Source: Octopus bimaculoides
Lineage: Eukaryota
Direction: 5' to 3'
NCBI RefSeq assembly: GCF_001194135.2
Contig: NC_068983.1
Location: 109,163,781-109,227,780 of the forward strand
Length of the DNA: 64,000 nucleotides
Part shown: piece by piece, positions 38,251 to 52,302 of the stretch
How the letters are laid out: each line of letters starts with the position of its first letter
Position numbering within the stretch: the stretch's first letter is position 1
Notes under the pieces: generated by a model
Database searches by the model: none
The model's input: the letters and a program-made list of their open reading frames with translations, nothing else
Told to the model about the DNA's origin: nothing
Position numbers and translations under genes: made by a program

Positions 38251-39602
38251 TAATCTTAGATTAACCACATGCACAGGGAAGCCACTTTGTAGTTACTTGA
38301 CCAACTGGAAATGTCAGCCAAATAATCTTCAATTGACACTATCTTAAAAATATAAAGGTGCATTAGATTTTGTAATTCTGGATATTCAAAAGGATGATGT
38401 GGTGAAGGCCAAAACACCATTTATCATATGCAGGTTGCTTAACTGAATTTGATGTTGGTCTAAGCAACAATAAATAAATATATAAAATCTTGCAAAGGTA
38501 AAAAACATTGAACTGAAAATACTATGTTAATTTCAATGCCTAACAATGCACATGAAGATCATTGTAGTTTCATTGTTGCAAAGATCGAATATTAAAAAAT
38601 ATAAAGCACTAATAGTACTATTGCATCATTAAAGGCAGGTTCTTTGAATTCTTTTGCAACTACTTTTTAATCAAACAAATCCTTCTTATTCACCAATATG
38701 TCATTCTTTTCTAATTGCAGTTGATTTTAGAAGAATGAAAATAGATTTTCAACAAGAATATAGAATAAGACATTGTTAGTGAGAAGTGCCAAATGGCTCA
38801 ATCAATAAATATATTAGTTGGAGAATCAGAAAAATCTACATACTGAATGAATTGACAATAAAAAGGCCTATATTTGTGTGTATTCATGGATCCTGGAATC
38901 AATGTTGTTGAATTTACTACTAGTAATTATGGGATTCATGAAAACGTATATGCTCAGAGGGACAATAAAAATAGCAGTAAACTATATATCTGGCAACTAA
39001 GTTAAATTTTCTCCAAGATAAAATATTTCAAGAGTATTCACTCTACCACTTTTGTTCTATTTAGCTTTTGCTATATTCGACATATCTCTAAACTTTGAAA
39101 ACATGACTAGAATATTATTTGAGCTGTGGTAACCCATTTGTTTACTTGAATAGCCTAAAACTATCCATCCCAAACTTTATAGCTCAGTTATACTATTTTC
39201 TGTAAAGTTAAGTTGACCAAGTCAGTATATACATAAACATATACATTGCTGATACGACCAAGAAATGTTAACAGTTATTCAATTAGCTAAAATTAGTAGC
39301 CAAATTTCTTATATTCACTTTATACAAAAATGAAATATAATATAATTGCGGATAGATGCCTTGACAACACTAACGGCGAAATCAATCAAACAAAAAAATA
39401 ATTAGAAATAGAATCATGCAAGTATAAAATGCCAAATGAAAGAATTGATTTGAAAAGATATGTCAGGCTGAGATGACTCAAAAGACTTAAGTAGACTGGA
39501 AAATAATGGAAGTGATCAATAGCTTAGCAGCCTTGGCAGTAACCCACAATATCCCTGTTATATAACTGAATTTGTACATTCAGAGATGAATAATGATAAT
39601 AT

Positions 39603-39820
39603 TAATCCTTTCTACTGGAGGCACAAGTCTTCAAATGTGGCAGGAGGGGACTAGCTGATTACATCAATTCCAGTGTTTCACTGGTACTTAATTTATCGAC
39701 CAAGAAAGGATGAAAAGCAAAGTCAACCTCGTTGGAATTTGAACTAAAAAATGTATCAACAGGCAAGATACTGCTAAGCATTTCATCCAGCCTGCTAACG
39801 ATTCTGTCAGCTTGCCACCT
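39603..39820 (-). mobile_element. tRNA-derived Nin/Deu-like SINE (family 2)
   Basis: Minus strand: ggtggcaagctgacagaatcgttagc...gagttcaaattcc-like B box, then gactttgcttttcatcctttcttggtcgataaattaagtaccagt. Confidence 0.8.
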
Positions 39821-39849
39821 AACAAATAATACTAATATTAATAACATGA

Positions 39850-41130
39850 AACAGAATTTAAATTATGTGACCTCAAAGGACAACATGGAAGAACCCAAGA
39901 GATTTTCAGTGAAATCTTCACAATGCAATAAGATAACTACTATATGAAAAAGGCAAGACATTCATTAAGAAATAGTGAAAAACATCAGAAATAGAAACTA
40001 TACAAAGATTTTCAAACATATATGATAGAATTAATACTACTAAACACATATTCATTCATACAAATTCAAACAACTATAATGCACTTACAAACCAGAAGGC
40101 ACAGATGTAATACAAGACAAAGAATATGAACACTACAAGAAAACTAGATCCCCTCCAGGAACAATTGCCCTATCTAGATTGGCAAGCTAGATGGTGATAA
40201 ATGCCAGTGCTATAAGTAGAAGCTAAAATTGAAGCCCGATAATTACAGATCAATACCAAGGATTTCCAAGTAGACAGTATAAAAGTGCCTTCACATATGA
40301 AATCAAAGTGTAGTAATTTGTATAGGAAAGTTCATGACAGGTAAAGTTCATCTTGGCCTTAGCCTTTTTTATGAGAGTGATAACAGAAGGAAAAAAGTGA
40401 TATTGTTACTCAGTGCAGAGACCATCAACAGTTTCCTGTGATATTGAATTCTACCCTGTAATAAACAGAAGTTTAATGAAGCTTCCAGCTCCATTGTATC
40501 TGAATACTCTACATTAGAATATACCAGAAGATGTATTCTGCCTATTGCCATTGAAATGTGCAAAGAAAAAATATTGAATAAGCATAGACCAGAATCTGTT
40601 TAGGAAAATAAAAGCCTTATGATTCACTGCAATATGTAATTTACTGTAAATAGGAATATGGGAGCTAACCAAGCTTAATATTGTCATAAAATACAAAATT
40701 TCCAGGCCTGATTGATGTGCTTTGCCTAATGGTTGATAATATCTCAAGGAAGTATATAGAAAAAAATAACCTAAATGCAAAGATCTGGAAATCAAAACAC
40801 CAAAAATGTGGAATGCATGCACAAGAAGTCTTTTTGTGAACATAAATGCTATAAGGAAAGGCAAATGTGAAACCAGGCTCAAAGGTTTAAAAATTATCAA
40901 CTAAATCTTCCATATGTGTAGCTAAAAAGATTATGCTTTTAAGTAGATCATATATCCCTTGAAAAAAACTGTATAATAAAATGGAAAAGGAATTGTGGTG
41001 AGTAATGACTTTTGTCCAGTATTTTATATGTAGCATGAGAAAAATGATGATAATAAACAATTGTTTGAAAGCAGAATCCAACCTGAGCATATTTTTCACA
41101 GTATTTACTTGTATCCGTCAAGTTTCTTAA
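39850..41130 (+). mobile_element. Possible highly decayed LINE
   Basis: KLKPDNYRSI (NYRPI-like) near 40230; otherwise weak. Confidence 0.3.
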
Positions 41131-41532
41131 TTTAAATTTCCCCAAGGTCAACACTACTTTTGCTATTTTAGAGTAAAAAAAACACCAACAAATACCAGTC
41201 TAGCACTAAGGTTGATTTAATCAACTCTTCTTCCTCCTAAGAGGTATATATTCATTTGCTGTCATAATAATCGATAATAATAATTGTTTTGCCAGCAAAT
41301 TTTAGCTGATACCATCAATCTCAATCTGCTTCTTATTTTAATGATCCTAAAAAGACGAAAGTGAATGACTAAGTTGACTTTGGTGGGATTTGAACTGCAA
41401 AGCAGAATGTATAGAGCCCAAACAAATACTGCAAAAATTTCAAAGCTTAACTGCACCGAACACATAATAATCAAGGGGGTTGCATTCTAGGAAATTAGGT
41501 GTCATAATTCAGCCTTTATTATAACAACAACA

Positions 41533-41748
41533 ATAATTCTTTCTACTATAGGTACAAGGCCTGAAATTTTGGGTTGAAGAGGCTCTGCAATTAAATCAAC
41601 CACACTCTTCAACTAGTTCTTGCTTTATCTAGCCCAAAAGAATGAAAGGCAAAGTCAACCATAGCAGAATTTGAACTCAGGATGTAAATCTGAAAGTAAT
41701 GCTGCTAAGCATTTAGTGTGGCATGCTAACAACTCTTCCAGATACAGC
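41533..41748 (-). mobile_element. Nin/Deu-like SINE (family 2); more decayed copies at about 26140-26460, 41130-41460, 42270-42450 and 54700-54880
   Basis: Shares gaaaggcaaagtcaacc..gaatttgaactcag with 39603-39820. Confidence 0.75.
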
Positions 41749-42049
41749 TGTGTCAAAAGTGCACTTTGAAAGTAAATGGTCTGAGGTTCAGTTCAACTGT
41801 GTGACACAATGGGCNNNNNNNNNNTATATATATATATATATATTTATACACACACACACACACACATACACATATATATATATATATATACATAAATGTA
41901 TATACTTATATGTATGTGCATATATATATGTAAGTGTGTGTGTATATATATATATACATACATACATGCATACATACATACATACATACACACACATACA
42001 TACATACATTAGCATGTGTGCATATCTTTATGTATATTTGTGGTTGCAA

Positions 42050-42255
42050 TTGTTCCCCACTATCATTGCTTAATAATTAATGTTGGCTTGTTAATATCCC
42101 TGTAACTTAGCAGTTCACCAAAAGGAGCTGATAGAATAAGTGCCAGTCTAAAAATAATATATACTAGGGTTTAATTTATTCAACTAAAAGCCCATCAAAG
42201 CATTACCCCCTCAGGGTTTCAGTCCAATGAATGAAACAAGTAAAAGATAAAAAGA
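42050..42255 (+). mobile_element. SINE family 1, 3' module preceded by microsatellites
   Basis: tccctgtaacttagcagttc...ctgatagaataagtgccag...tgaaacaagtaaaaga. Confidence 0.75.
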
Positions 42256-42976
42256 AAAAAAAATTATAATTCAAGAAATACAAGGCCTGTAGTTTTGTAG
42301 GGAGAGGAGGTTAATCAATACCATCCACCCCAGTTCTCAACTAGTACTTTACTTTATTGTCTGTGGAAGGATTTAAAAAACTAGAATACTGCAAAGCATT
42401 TTTGTCAATGACATACCGATTCAGCTAGTTTGCTGCTTTTATAACAATAATGATGATCACTAAATTGACCTCAACTTAAACTGAAATAGCATTTGTGATT
42501 TTGTCTCACCATGGACTTACTGCCTAATATTACTGAATGCTTACATTGGCAGAAGAGCACAACATTTTAGGAGTGTAGTTCAGTTATCTGAATTGAAACC
42601 GGTACATATCTAGAAATTGTTTCTTTGACTTGGGTCATAAAGGCATAGTTCAACTCTGGTAGAATTTGAACTTAGAATATGGAGCAATAGTTTCATATAT
42701 TGTAAAGAATTTAGTACAACACTATGATTTTACCAATCCACAATTTTACATGGCTATATAATTATTGCAAACTTCTATTATTAATACATTATTCAAGAAT
42801 TTAGATTTATGAATAATTGCATTTTCTATATTAAGATTTCTTTGAATTTCATCAAATAGCTAAGAAGACAAGCAGCTGTCTATACTACAATTACTGATGA
42901 ATTTTGGAGTTCAATTTAAAATTACATGTGGTTGAGTGTACACACCTACATACATATGCACATTCATCTCTCTCTA

Positions 42977-43033
<57 letters not shown>

Positions 43034-43303
43034 NNNNNNNNNNNNNNNNNNNNNNNNNNNNNNNNNNNNNNNNNNNNNNNNNNNNNNNNNNNNNNNNNNN
43101 NNNNNNNNNNNNNNNNNNNNNNNNNNNNNNNNNNNNNNNNNNNNNNNNNNNNNNNNNNNNNNNNNNNNNNNNNNNNNNNNNNNNNNNNNNNNNNNNNNNN
43201 NNNNNNNNNNNNNNNNNNNNNNNNNNNNNNNNNNNNNNNNNNNNNNNNNNNNNNNNNNNNNNNNNNNNNNNNNNNNNNNNNNNNNNNNNNNNNNNNNNNN
43301 NNN

Positions 43304-43336
<33 letters not shown>

Positions 43337-43856
43337 TATATACATACATATATATGTGACCCGTGGTCAGCCCCTTTTTTCTTTCTCTTTTTACACCAGT
43401 CACAAATTGTCTAGTCTCCACTTCAGCCTGTCTCACTCTTTGTTGCCCTTCTATTTTCAATCCTTTAAGATTTCCCTCTAGGCATTACTCATGCTTCATC
43501 TTCATCTGGCTTTAAAGCTGCATTGTGTTTTTTTTTTTTTATTTATTTCGTCTTTGTTTTTCATCCATCGTAGATATATTTTCATATATCTACTTCTGTT
43601 TCACTTGTTATCCATGTATTGTTTGTTTGTTCTCAGTCCAATATTGTGTCCAACTCTTGTGGATGCATCCAGCTGGGATGTAATCATATCGATGAAGGCA
43701 CAAAATTACCCTCTGGTCGATTTTTGATGATGAATTAGGGACTTTCTGTGTCTGTGTTTTGTTCACCTGTGCATTTAATATATGTTTTCCCTTTGTCTGT
43801 GCAACTAATATATGTTTTTTAACTTGCCATCCTGTGTCTGTTTTCGTTTGTGCATA

Positions 43857-44555
43857 GGCGTGGGAGTGGCTGAGTGGTAAGTAGCTTGCTTACCAACCAC
43901 ATGGTTCTGGGTTCAGTCCCACTGCATGGCACCTTGGGCAAGTGTCTTCTACTATAGCCTCGGGCTGACCAAACCTTTGTGAGTGGATTTGGTAGACGTA
44001 TACTGAAAGAAGCCCGTNNNNNNNNNNNNNNNNNNNNNNNNNNNNNNNNNNNNNNNNNNNNNNNNNNNNNNNNNNNNNNNNNNNNNNNNNNNNNNNNNNN
44101 NNNNNNNNNNNNNNNNNNNNNNNNNNNNNNNNNNNNNNNNNNNNNNNNNNNNNNNNNNNNNNNNNNNNNNNNNNNNNNNNNNNNNNNNNNNNNNNNNNNN
44201 NNNNNNNNNNNNNNNNNNNNNNNNNNNNNNNNNNNNNNNNNNNNNNNNNNNNNNNNNNNNNNNNNNNNNNNNNNNNNNNNNNNNNNNNNNNNNNNNNNNN
44301 NNNNNNNNNNNNNNNNNNNNNNNNNNNNNNNNNNNNNNNNNNNNNNNNNNNNNNNNNNNNNNNNNNNNNNNNNNNNNNNNNNNNNNNNNNNNNNNNNNNN
44401 NNNNNNNNNNNNNNNNNNNNNNNNNNNNNNNNNNNNNNAGAGACTGATAGAATAAGTACTAGGCTTCCAAAGAATAAGTCTTGGGGTCGATTTGCTCGAC
44501 TAAAGGCAGTACTTCAGCATGGCGACAGTCAAATGACTGAAACAAGTAAAAGAGT
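43857..44555 (+). mobile_element. CORE-like SINE (family 1), relatively young, central microsatellite unassembled (N-gap)
   Basis: 5' module 43857-44017 and 3' module end 44440-44555 both retain CpGs. Confidence 0.88.
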
Positions 44556-44685
44556 AAAAGAGAGAGTAATATATATATATGTGTGTACATGTGTACATAT
44601 ATATATGCATGTATACATATATATATTAGTACATATATACATGCACATATATATACGTACATACATACATACATACATATATACA

Positions 44686-44717
<32 letters not shown>

Positions 44718-44834
44718 CAAGATGCGATGGGTAAATTTTGCCATTTTATGCTTTTAATTTTGCATTGTTTGTTTTTTATTTTGTTAACTACATATAATTT
44801 TTTTGTGCATTGTTTGTTTTGGATGCTGTCAACT

Positions 44835-45586
44835 ATACAGTATAGTAGGGTCAGTTGAACACCGTCTGCCAGAAATTTGGAAACAACATGCTGAGCCACT
44901 TGAGATTTGCACCAGAAGCTCTGATACAAACATTTCAGAGCGTTTGGGTGTCAATCTGAGGACAGTGCAATCTGATAATATGTACCAAGTGTGATAAAAA
45001 TCAAACTTCCAGTCAACATCATGGTGTTTGGAGTGATCGTTGGTAATGGTGATGTTATGCCCCATGCATCTTCCCACATGGCTTCAGACTCAACGTGGAG
45101 GCCTACATCAAATGCCTGGAGAAGGTAGAGCTTTCCTGGGTCAAAAGGGTGGCTGCTGGAAGACTCTATGTCTGGCAACAAGACTGCACCATGCCATGCA
45201 AACAGGAGAACCAAATCATGGCTGTCAGGCATTTTCTGCCACCACATCACCCCTAACATCTGACCACCCAACTCCCCAGACTGCAACCCCTTTGATTATT
45301 ATGTGTGAGGTACAGTTGAGTGAGAGACCAACAAAACTACTTGTAACACCAAAGATAAATTGAAGGCAAGGATTATAGCAGCATTCACCAACGTAAACAA
45401 GGAGATTATCCACAAGAGTTGCAAGAGATTCTGAAGTCGTCTGTAGACTGTGCTTGAATTCAATGACAATTTTATTGAATGAATTTACTGTTTAGTATTT
45501 CAAGATATTTCTATGTAATTTTAGTAAATATATTTGTTAAAATGAGATGTCTGTTGTTTTCATTTGTGTGTAATTTAGATGCTGCT

Positions 45587-45589
<3 letters not shown>
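44835..45589 (+). mobile_element. maT/DD37D-type Tc1-mariner, internally deleted
   Basis: IMVFGVI..NGDVMP, YVWQQDC..H..RRTKSWLS..F..HITPNI*PPNSPDCNPFDYYV (about 37 residues between the 2nd and 3rd Asp). Confidence 0.85.
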
Positions 45590-45627
<38 letters not shown>

Positions 45628-46068
45628 GAAAAATTATACAAAATGTATAAAAAGACGATGAGTAAAGCACTGCACAGTTTAAGTTACCTGTTGTTATCTG
45701 TAGATTTACTCTAGGAACTTCGCAGTGGCGTTTGGGGTAATAGTATTAATAAAATAGGAGGTGGTATGTGTATTAGACTTTATTGAGTATGATACATGTT
45801 TTGACCCATCGTTATGGGTCTCTTTGGGTACATTAGTGAAAAGTCGCACTAGAGATTTCTTGTATTGGCTTGCTTAGTGTTATGTATCCATCAAATTCAT
45901 GAGTGAATAAAAGCAAAGAAAAATTATTGAAACACACACACACGCATATATATGTACATAATGTACATATATACATATACATACATATACATATATATGT
46001 ACATATATACATATACATATATATATGTACATATATACATATACATACATACACATATATATATATAT

Positions 46069-46117
<49 letters not shown>

Positions 46118-46769
46118 AAAGGAGAGAGAGAGGTTTATAGATTTTATCTTTTTTAAGATAAACTTTATGCACAGAGGTATATACACCCTATTTTTGCTCC
46201 AGTTTCAAATGACTGATTCATTATAATATTGTAATCAGCCATACAGCTGTTCACAAATTATGTAATAAAATGAAAAAACAAAAATTAAACTAGAATTGCA
46301 ATGTACACATGCAAAACAATTTGAATTTAGTTACAAAAATCTTTCAATTCTTGAAGTTTGTTCATATAAAATTAACATCCGATCAGAGTCAATAAAATAA
46401 GTAACAGTTGAGCATTGGGGTAATCAGCTTACTCACTCCCCCAAAATTTGAAAGCAATGTTTCAGTTAGACACAGAGATACTAAAACCCAAGTGTTAGTA
46501 CTCAGTATATATTTATATGCTTCAGAAACAAACATTAGTCAATTACAGAGCATAATAAAAAATTAGATTGATGACAAGGGACCAAGAAATTATGGAATGA
46601 ACTTTGTCACGTATATTACATAATTTATTGTTCCCTTGTCATTTATTTAATTTCATAACACACACGCATACACACACATTTATTGGTTAGTCACTTAACT
46701 GTTGCAGCTATGCTGGTGTATCATCATCAAGAGTTTAGTAAATCATATCAGCATCAGGAAAATACTTAT

Positions 46770-47044
46770 TCTCAACAAATATCTGAATATCATCTGTTTC
46801 CAGACATGGAAAAACACAAGACTGGGGAACCAGTAATGCAGTGATGATGAGGTCATGAACGCTATTAATGACTTTCTGACCAACAGGATGAAAGCTTCTT
46901 CACCAATGGAATCCAAGCAGTGCAACATCACTGAAAGAAGTGTGGGGACTGCGAGAGGGGGACTATGTTGAAAAATAAGTCCCCTTTGGTCACATATGTT
47001 GTGAGTGTTTTGGTCAGCCTTGTATTTTTCAACAGGCCCTTGTA
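46770..47044 (+). mobile_element. mariner 3' fragment with right TIR
   Basis: EYHLFPDMEKH...SDDEVMNAINDFL..QDESFFTNGIQAVQHH*KKC.DCEGDYVEK*, then tttttcaacaggcccttg|ta. Confidence 0.8.
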
Positions 47045-47477
47045 TTTTATAAAACAAAGACTTTCAAAATAATGTTTCTTTCTTTCTTGAAAGTAGAAAG
47101 TATGTACAACATTAATGGTTTATTCATCATTTTTAATGTTGAAGCTGGATTTCATCATGAATTTCATCATGAAATAATTAAAATAATTAAAAACTGTTGT
47201 TTAAAATATGTCGGATGTTTCATTGCTCATCAAGGTAATCATCAACAGAATAGGATCTTTATTTAGTAATATCGTTTAAATAAGAATGGAATTCTTTAAT
47301 TTAATATTTCAAATACTTTTAAACATATTTAATTTTATTCCATTATCTAACTTGGACAGTAGTTGCACAATTAATGTTTAGTTTTGGGGTTTCATTAACT
47401 AATATATTTAATTATTCATTATATACAACATACAAATTACCAGATCAACAAAACAGCTCATTTATTGAAATAGACTG

Positions 47478-47880
47478 ATGTGTAGCTGTGTGGTAAGACA
47501 TTTGCTTCCTAACCACATGGTTCTGGGTTCAGTCCAACTGCATGACACCTTGGGTAAGTGTCTTTTAGTATAGTATTAGGCTGACCAAAGCCTTGTGAGT
47601 GGAATTGGTAAATGGTAAATGCAAAAAGCCCATCAGATATATTTATGTGTGTGTGTGTGTGTGTGTCTTTGTGTATGTCCTTGTCCCCACCACCACTTGG
47701 CAGCTGGTGTTGGTGTGCTTACGTCCCCATAACTTAGTGGTTTGGCAAAAGACACCGATAAAATAAATATCAGCCTTTACAAAAACTAATAAGTAGTAGG
47801 GTCGATAAGTTCAACTAAAATTCTTCAAGACAGTGCCCTAGCATGGTTGCAGTCTAATGACTGAAACAAGTAAAAGATAA
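47478..47880 (+). mobile_element. CORE-like SINE (family 1)
   Basis: Both modules and central (TG)n. Confidence 0.85.
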
Positions 47881-50800
47881 ATGACATAGATTAAAATAAT
47901 TTAAGTCAAGCAATATTAGAGAAAGTAAACATGACATTTGCAAAGATAAATTCAGTTTGGCATAGCATTCTAGATCACTTTTAACAATCTGGATTTGGCT
48001 ATAATAGCAATTTATCATCATGAAAATGAATCAATACATCTATTTTGATATGAACTTGTAAATTTTTTCATTATTGTATCTCTGGATAAAAGATACTACT
48101 TGTAATCATCAGATTATACAAGTGGAGAAATGTGATTTAATTAAAAAGGTTTTAAAAGGTTAAAGATTACATAGTTTCTCTAAATAAAAGACTATATATA
48201 GAGCTCTTTTTCAGGATCTAATGAAAGAGGGAATGGGGAGACAAAAAATACAGTGAAATGAGTTCAGAGGTTTAAGTGGGAATGGAATGCAGTAGGGAAG
48301 GTTTTGTTGAGTAGAGAATTGTATTCCTTTGATATGTATGAAATTCTTGTACTTTAAGTTTTTGAACTATGCAGAGTATGAGAGCTGTGTAAGTGTTTAG
48401 GTCAAAACCTGGTTCAAACTTGCTACATTTGATATTAATTTTAGCCAAGGGAAAATATTTAATAATAATGCAGTGTGATTCAATATAATAATGTTAAAAT
48501 TCATACAAGTTGAATAACTAGTAAAAGTCAACTGTGCTTTCTGAAAGTAAAACCATATTAAGCACACAAGATGTGTATCTGAACATCATCTCTTTATCTT
48601 GTTATGGATATACATGTAATGACTATTACAAGAAGCCTTGGTCATAGAAATTTGAAACTAAGAAGAGAGCTTTGGTGAAAAAGAAATGTAAAATTAAATT
48701 TCAAGTCTCTAAAATGTTAATAAATGAAATATGCTATGAATGGAAGTCACACATTGGTTTTAAACAGCGTGCATTGGACAAAACTGAGAAACAACATGAG
48801 ATAATTCAATCAGACTTATTAAAGGGATCGTTAATCCTATCTTTAAAAACCTTAACAACATACGTGTATGAGTCGAAACAATACTGATCATTTGAGTAAT
48901 GGCAATGTGGATATAGAAGATGGTTGACACTTTAATATTGTATTAGTTTTAGGAAGATGAAGTAAGCAAGTTACTAAGCTTTAACTTTATTGTGGAGTAA
49001 AACAAAAGTTATGATAGTTATACTTATTGTGAAAATATCAGTACATGAAATGGAAAGATTTAAATTTTGAATGAAAACTAGGTTAAACATTTCATTTATC
49101 ACTGTTTTCCATTGAGAAATAAATAGTGTTATGTTTCAAAATTCAATATTAGTTTATCTCAACTACATTTCTTACAATTTTGTTTAGGTATTTACCATAC
49201 AATTTTCCATATTGCATCTGTATTCTTTTTAGATTGCTTTAATGTATATTTTGGCATAGTTGTAATCTATTTTCAATCCTAGAAAATACCTTTATCACTT
49301 GATCTCTTAGTAAAAATGATCCAAAAATCATAGTCATTTAAAATAGCATATTTCAGAAAAAAATTGCATGTGACTAGAAATACTCTTTCAAATTTTAGTT
49401 GCTTCCCATCGTGTAGTAAATATCTATCTGATTTTCTTTCATATCAGATTATAGTAAATGAGCTAAGATAGCATTTGATTTTCAGAAAAATGAGGAATAT
49501 AATGGGTTTAACTGAAGAAATAATGTTAGATATAACATTCTTGAACCAATAACATAGACAGACAGGAACATGAACATAATGTCTGAAAACCCTATCAGTA
49601 ATATACAAATCATATCTTCTTTTGTTTCATCCTATACTAAAAGATGATGTATATCAAAAATATTTTATTTGTTCAAAATATTTTTCCACTGTTATAATAG
49701 TCTCTATTTTCAATTTCATGATTGAGATCTTACTTCAGAAAGTGCTACTAGTTTTATTTATTATTTACTTTTTTACAGCTGAAGGAAACTATTAAATATT
49801 GTGTAAACACCAATTTTGAAAAGAAATACAAGTGCTAACATGCTATCTTAAAGATAGTGTTTTGGGAGTGATGCAAGCTTTCATACATAATGATTATTTA
49901 GTGTATATTTTTAAATGAGATTACAGGTGAATTAGCAAAAGATGAGTGAGTAAATGATAGAGAGAGGATTAAACATTACTGATGTAGAGGATTATTCATT
50001 AGAGGAAATCTTTTATAGCTACTGTTGTTTAACAAAAGGTCAGCCTGATTGAACAAACCTGTCATAAAAACAGCAAATGTAAGTGTCCATGAAGTAAATA
50101 AGGACTTACTTCAGTCTGATACTAATCTTAAACAAATAACTATTTGGTGGGTTGTTAATTTGCAGGACAAAAACAACACCAGCTTTTAAATGTTGAGAAC
50201 ACAGACCTGGACAGGCCTACGTCACAAATCCTGAATGAAGGTACTTAATCAGAGCATTACAATCACAAACTGTCAAGGTGCTGACAAAATATATCAAACG
50301 TTCATGAAATTCATTATATGCAATGACATCCAGGCCTGTGCCTATGTGTATGTGTGTGCATACCTATATACACATACATGCATATATGTGCCCTTGCATG
50401 CATACATACATACATACATACACAAATATATACACACAAAAATTCTCTGCATGGCATTTCTAAATTCCCAAATTCCTTGTTTCTTGGCTAGAAACTGCCA
50501 CTTCTTAGATTGGTAAAAAATTCAAAATATAAACCAAGAATAAACTCATACATACATATAAACCAAGAATAAACACATGCATGCACGTATACACACATAT
50601 ATGCACACATACACACACATGTCCTGGGTATGATTTTAAACTGTATCAGATTTGGGAGTTTCAGGTCTTTTAATTGAGTGGAACTACCTCTTAGCCACTG
50701 TTGATCCCAGGTCTACACTGATCCAGAGTAGCAATACCTGTCAGGGTCCCAGCTAATGGTTAACTAGCATATATGAGTACCAAACCTGAAATCAAATGGT

Positions 50801-51719
50801 TGTGAACCAGAATTTTTGAACCCACATTCATGCTTAAATATTATATATATGCACACATATATAAAGAACATGCAGTGTGTTGTTGATTTGGTATGAAATC
50901 CATTTTGCGAATGTGATTGTGGTCTTGTAATTGGTATGCCCATTATTAGTTCTTGAAAAGGGCATGATTAAGGCATGAAATTAAATCTCTAAGAATAGCT
51001 TTACATGACAAAATATTTTGCATAAAGTAACATGCTCAAAGTAATCTGCCATTCATATATTTGTAGGATCTAAAAATCATAAATATCATTAAACATGCAT
51101 TATTTTAATTTCCTGGCTACCATCTGGAATTGATTTCAAATATACCACTAAACAAATTGACATTAAAAAAATATCATATAGTTTTTGGTTCCCCTTAATC
51201 AAACTAGTTTTTGTTTATCGTTTTGGAGAACATGACTTATGAGATGGTAAATATATAATTTCATGAAAGCTTTTCAGATATTTATAAGCTGATTCTGTTT
51301 CACATTTTAATTTAGCAATCTAACTATGACAAAACATTTTGTCAGTACATGAGGATATTCATTTACAATACATTTCTCAAAGTTAGTGAGATCATCTAAT
51401 TCATGTTTATAACTGTCAAAATTCTTTTTTATTTCTACCACATGGCAATAACTTTCTTTAATACTAATTGTTTTATAGTTTTTATAGATTTTGTTGTCCA
51501 TTCAAATTTTTGTTTTCATTTCACTTCATCCGCTTCAATTAGAAATTTTTATGCCATATATCTCTTTTAATTGGTTCTGTTGTGGCATAATTTTATTGCA
51601 ATTTCACTTTTACATTTTTTTTCCTGATGATTAAAATTCAAACTATAAATACTAAAAGCAAACTTTATCCAAAACAGAAAGTATTAAAACATTTTGTTCA
51701 CTAAAAGTATAAATATTCA

Positions 51720-51811
51720 TTGTGAGAAAGATTAAAATTAGTGTTTACAAGTATTTGTGAGAAAGATTAAAATTAGTGTTTATAAGTATTTGTGAGAAAG
51801 ATTAAAATTAG
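51720..51811. repeat. 35-bp tandem repeat, about 2.6 copies
   Basis: tgtgagaaagattaaaattagtgtttacaagtatt repeated head to tail. Confidence 0.92.
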
Positions 51812-52029
51812 CAGACTTCCATTCCCTCTTTCTCTGTAACTCACTGAAACTCCCTATATTTAATGACCAATAGGTGTCTGATCTGAACGTCAACCATAAA
51901 GATTTCATTAGAGCAGAAAGGCTAGGAAGGCATTGCCCTTAGCCTCATTCTAACTTTTTTAAAGTAGTATTACATGAACAGTAGCAAAAATGCAAACACC
52001 TTTGTGTATTTGAAAACTAGTTCCCTTAA

Positions 52030-52302
52030 CCCATAAACTGCAAGAGGCCATCTCAGTGGCCAACGTGACAGTGCGACAGGCCACGTGTGTGGCCACGGAA
52101 GGAGGATATGATCTGATCTAATTTTGATGACGTATAATGTATGCACACGATACCCTTTCACCCCAGAAACAGTGTAGCCAAATCACAGAAGGTGTTAAGA
52201 AACACTGAGTATTTTTTTCGAGTGATAGATCGATGTTGATCTTTACCCAAAATAGGCTCAGCAGTTTGTGTTACATACAGCAAAATCCCAGCAGTTTATG
52301 TG
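52030..52302. mobile_element. piggyBac-type non-autonomous element (MITE)
   Basis: TTAA|CCCATAAACTGC ... GCAGTTTATGTG|TTAA: TTAA duplication at 52026-29 and 52303-06, 12-bp TIR with one mismatch, CpG-rich interior. Confidence 0.8.

Noticed and set aside
51720-51811. 35-bp repeat of CRISPR-like length
   Set aside because: Head-to-tail units with no spacers, in eukaryotic DNA.
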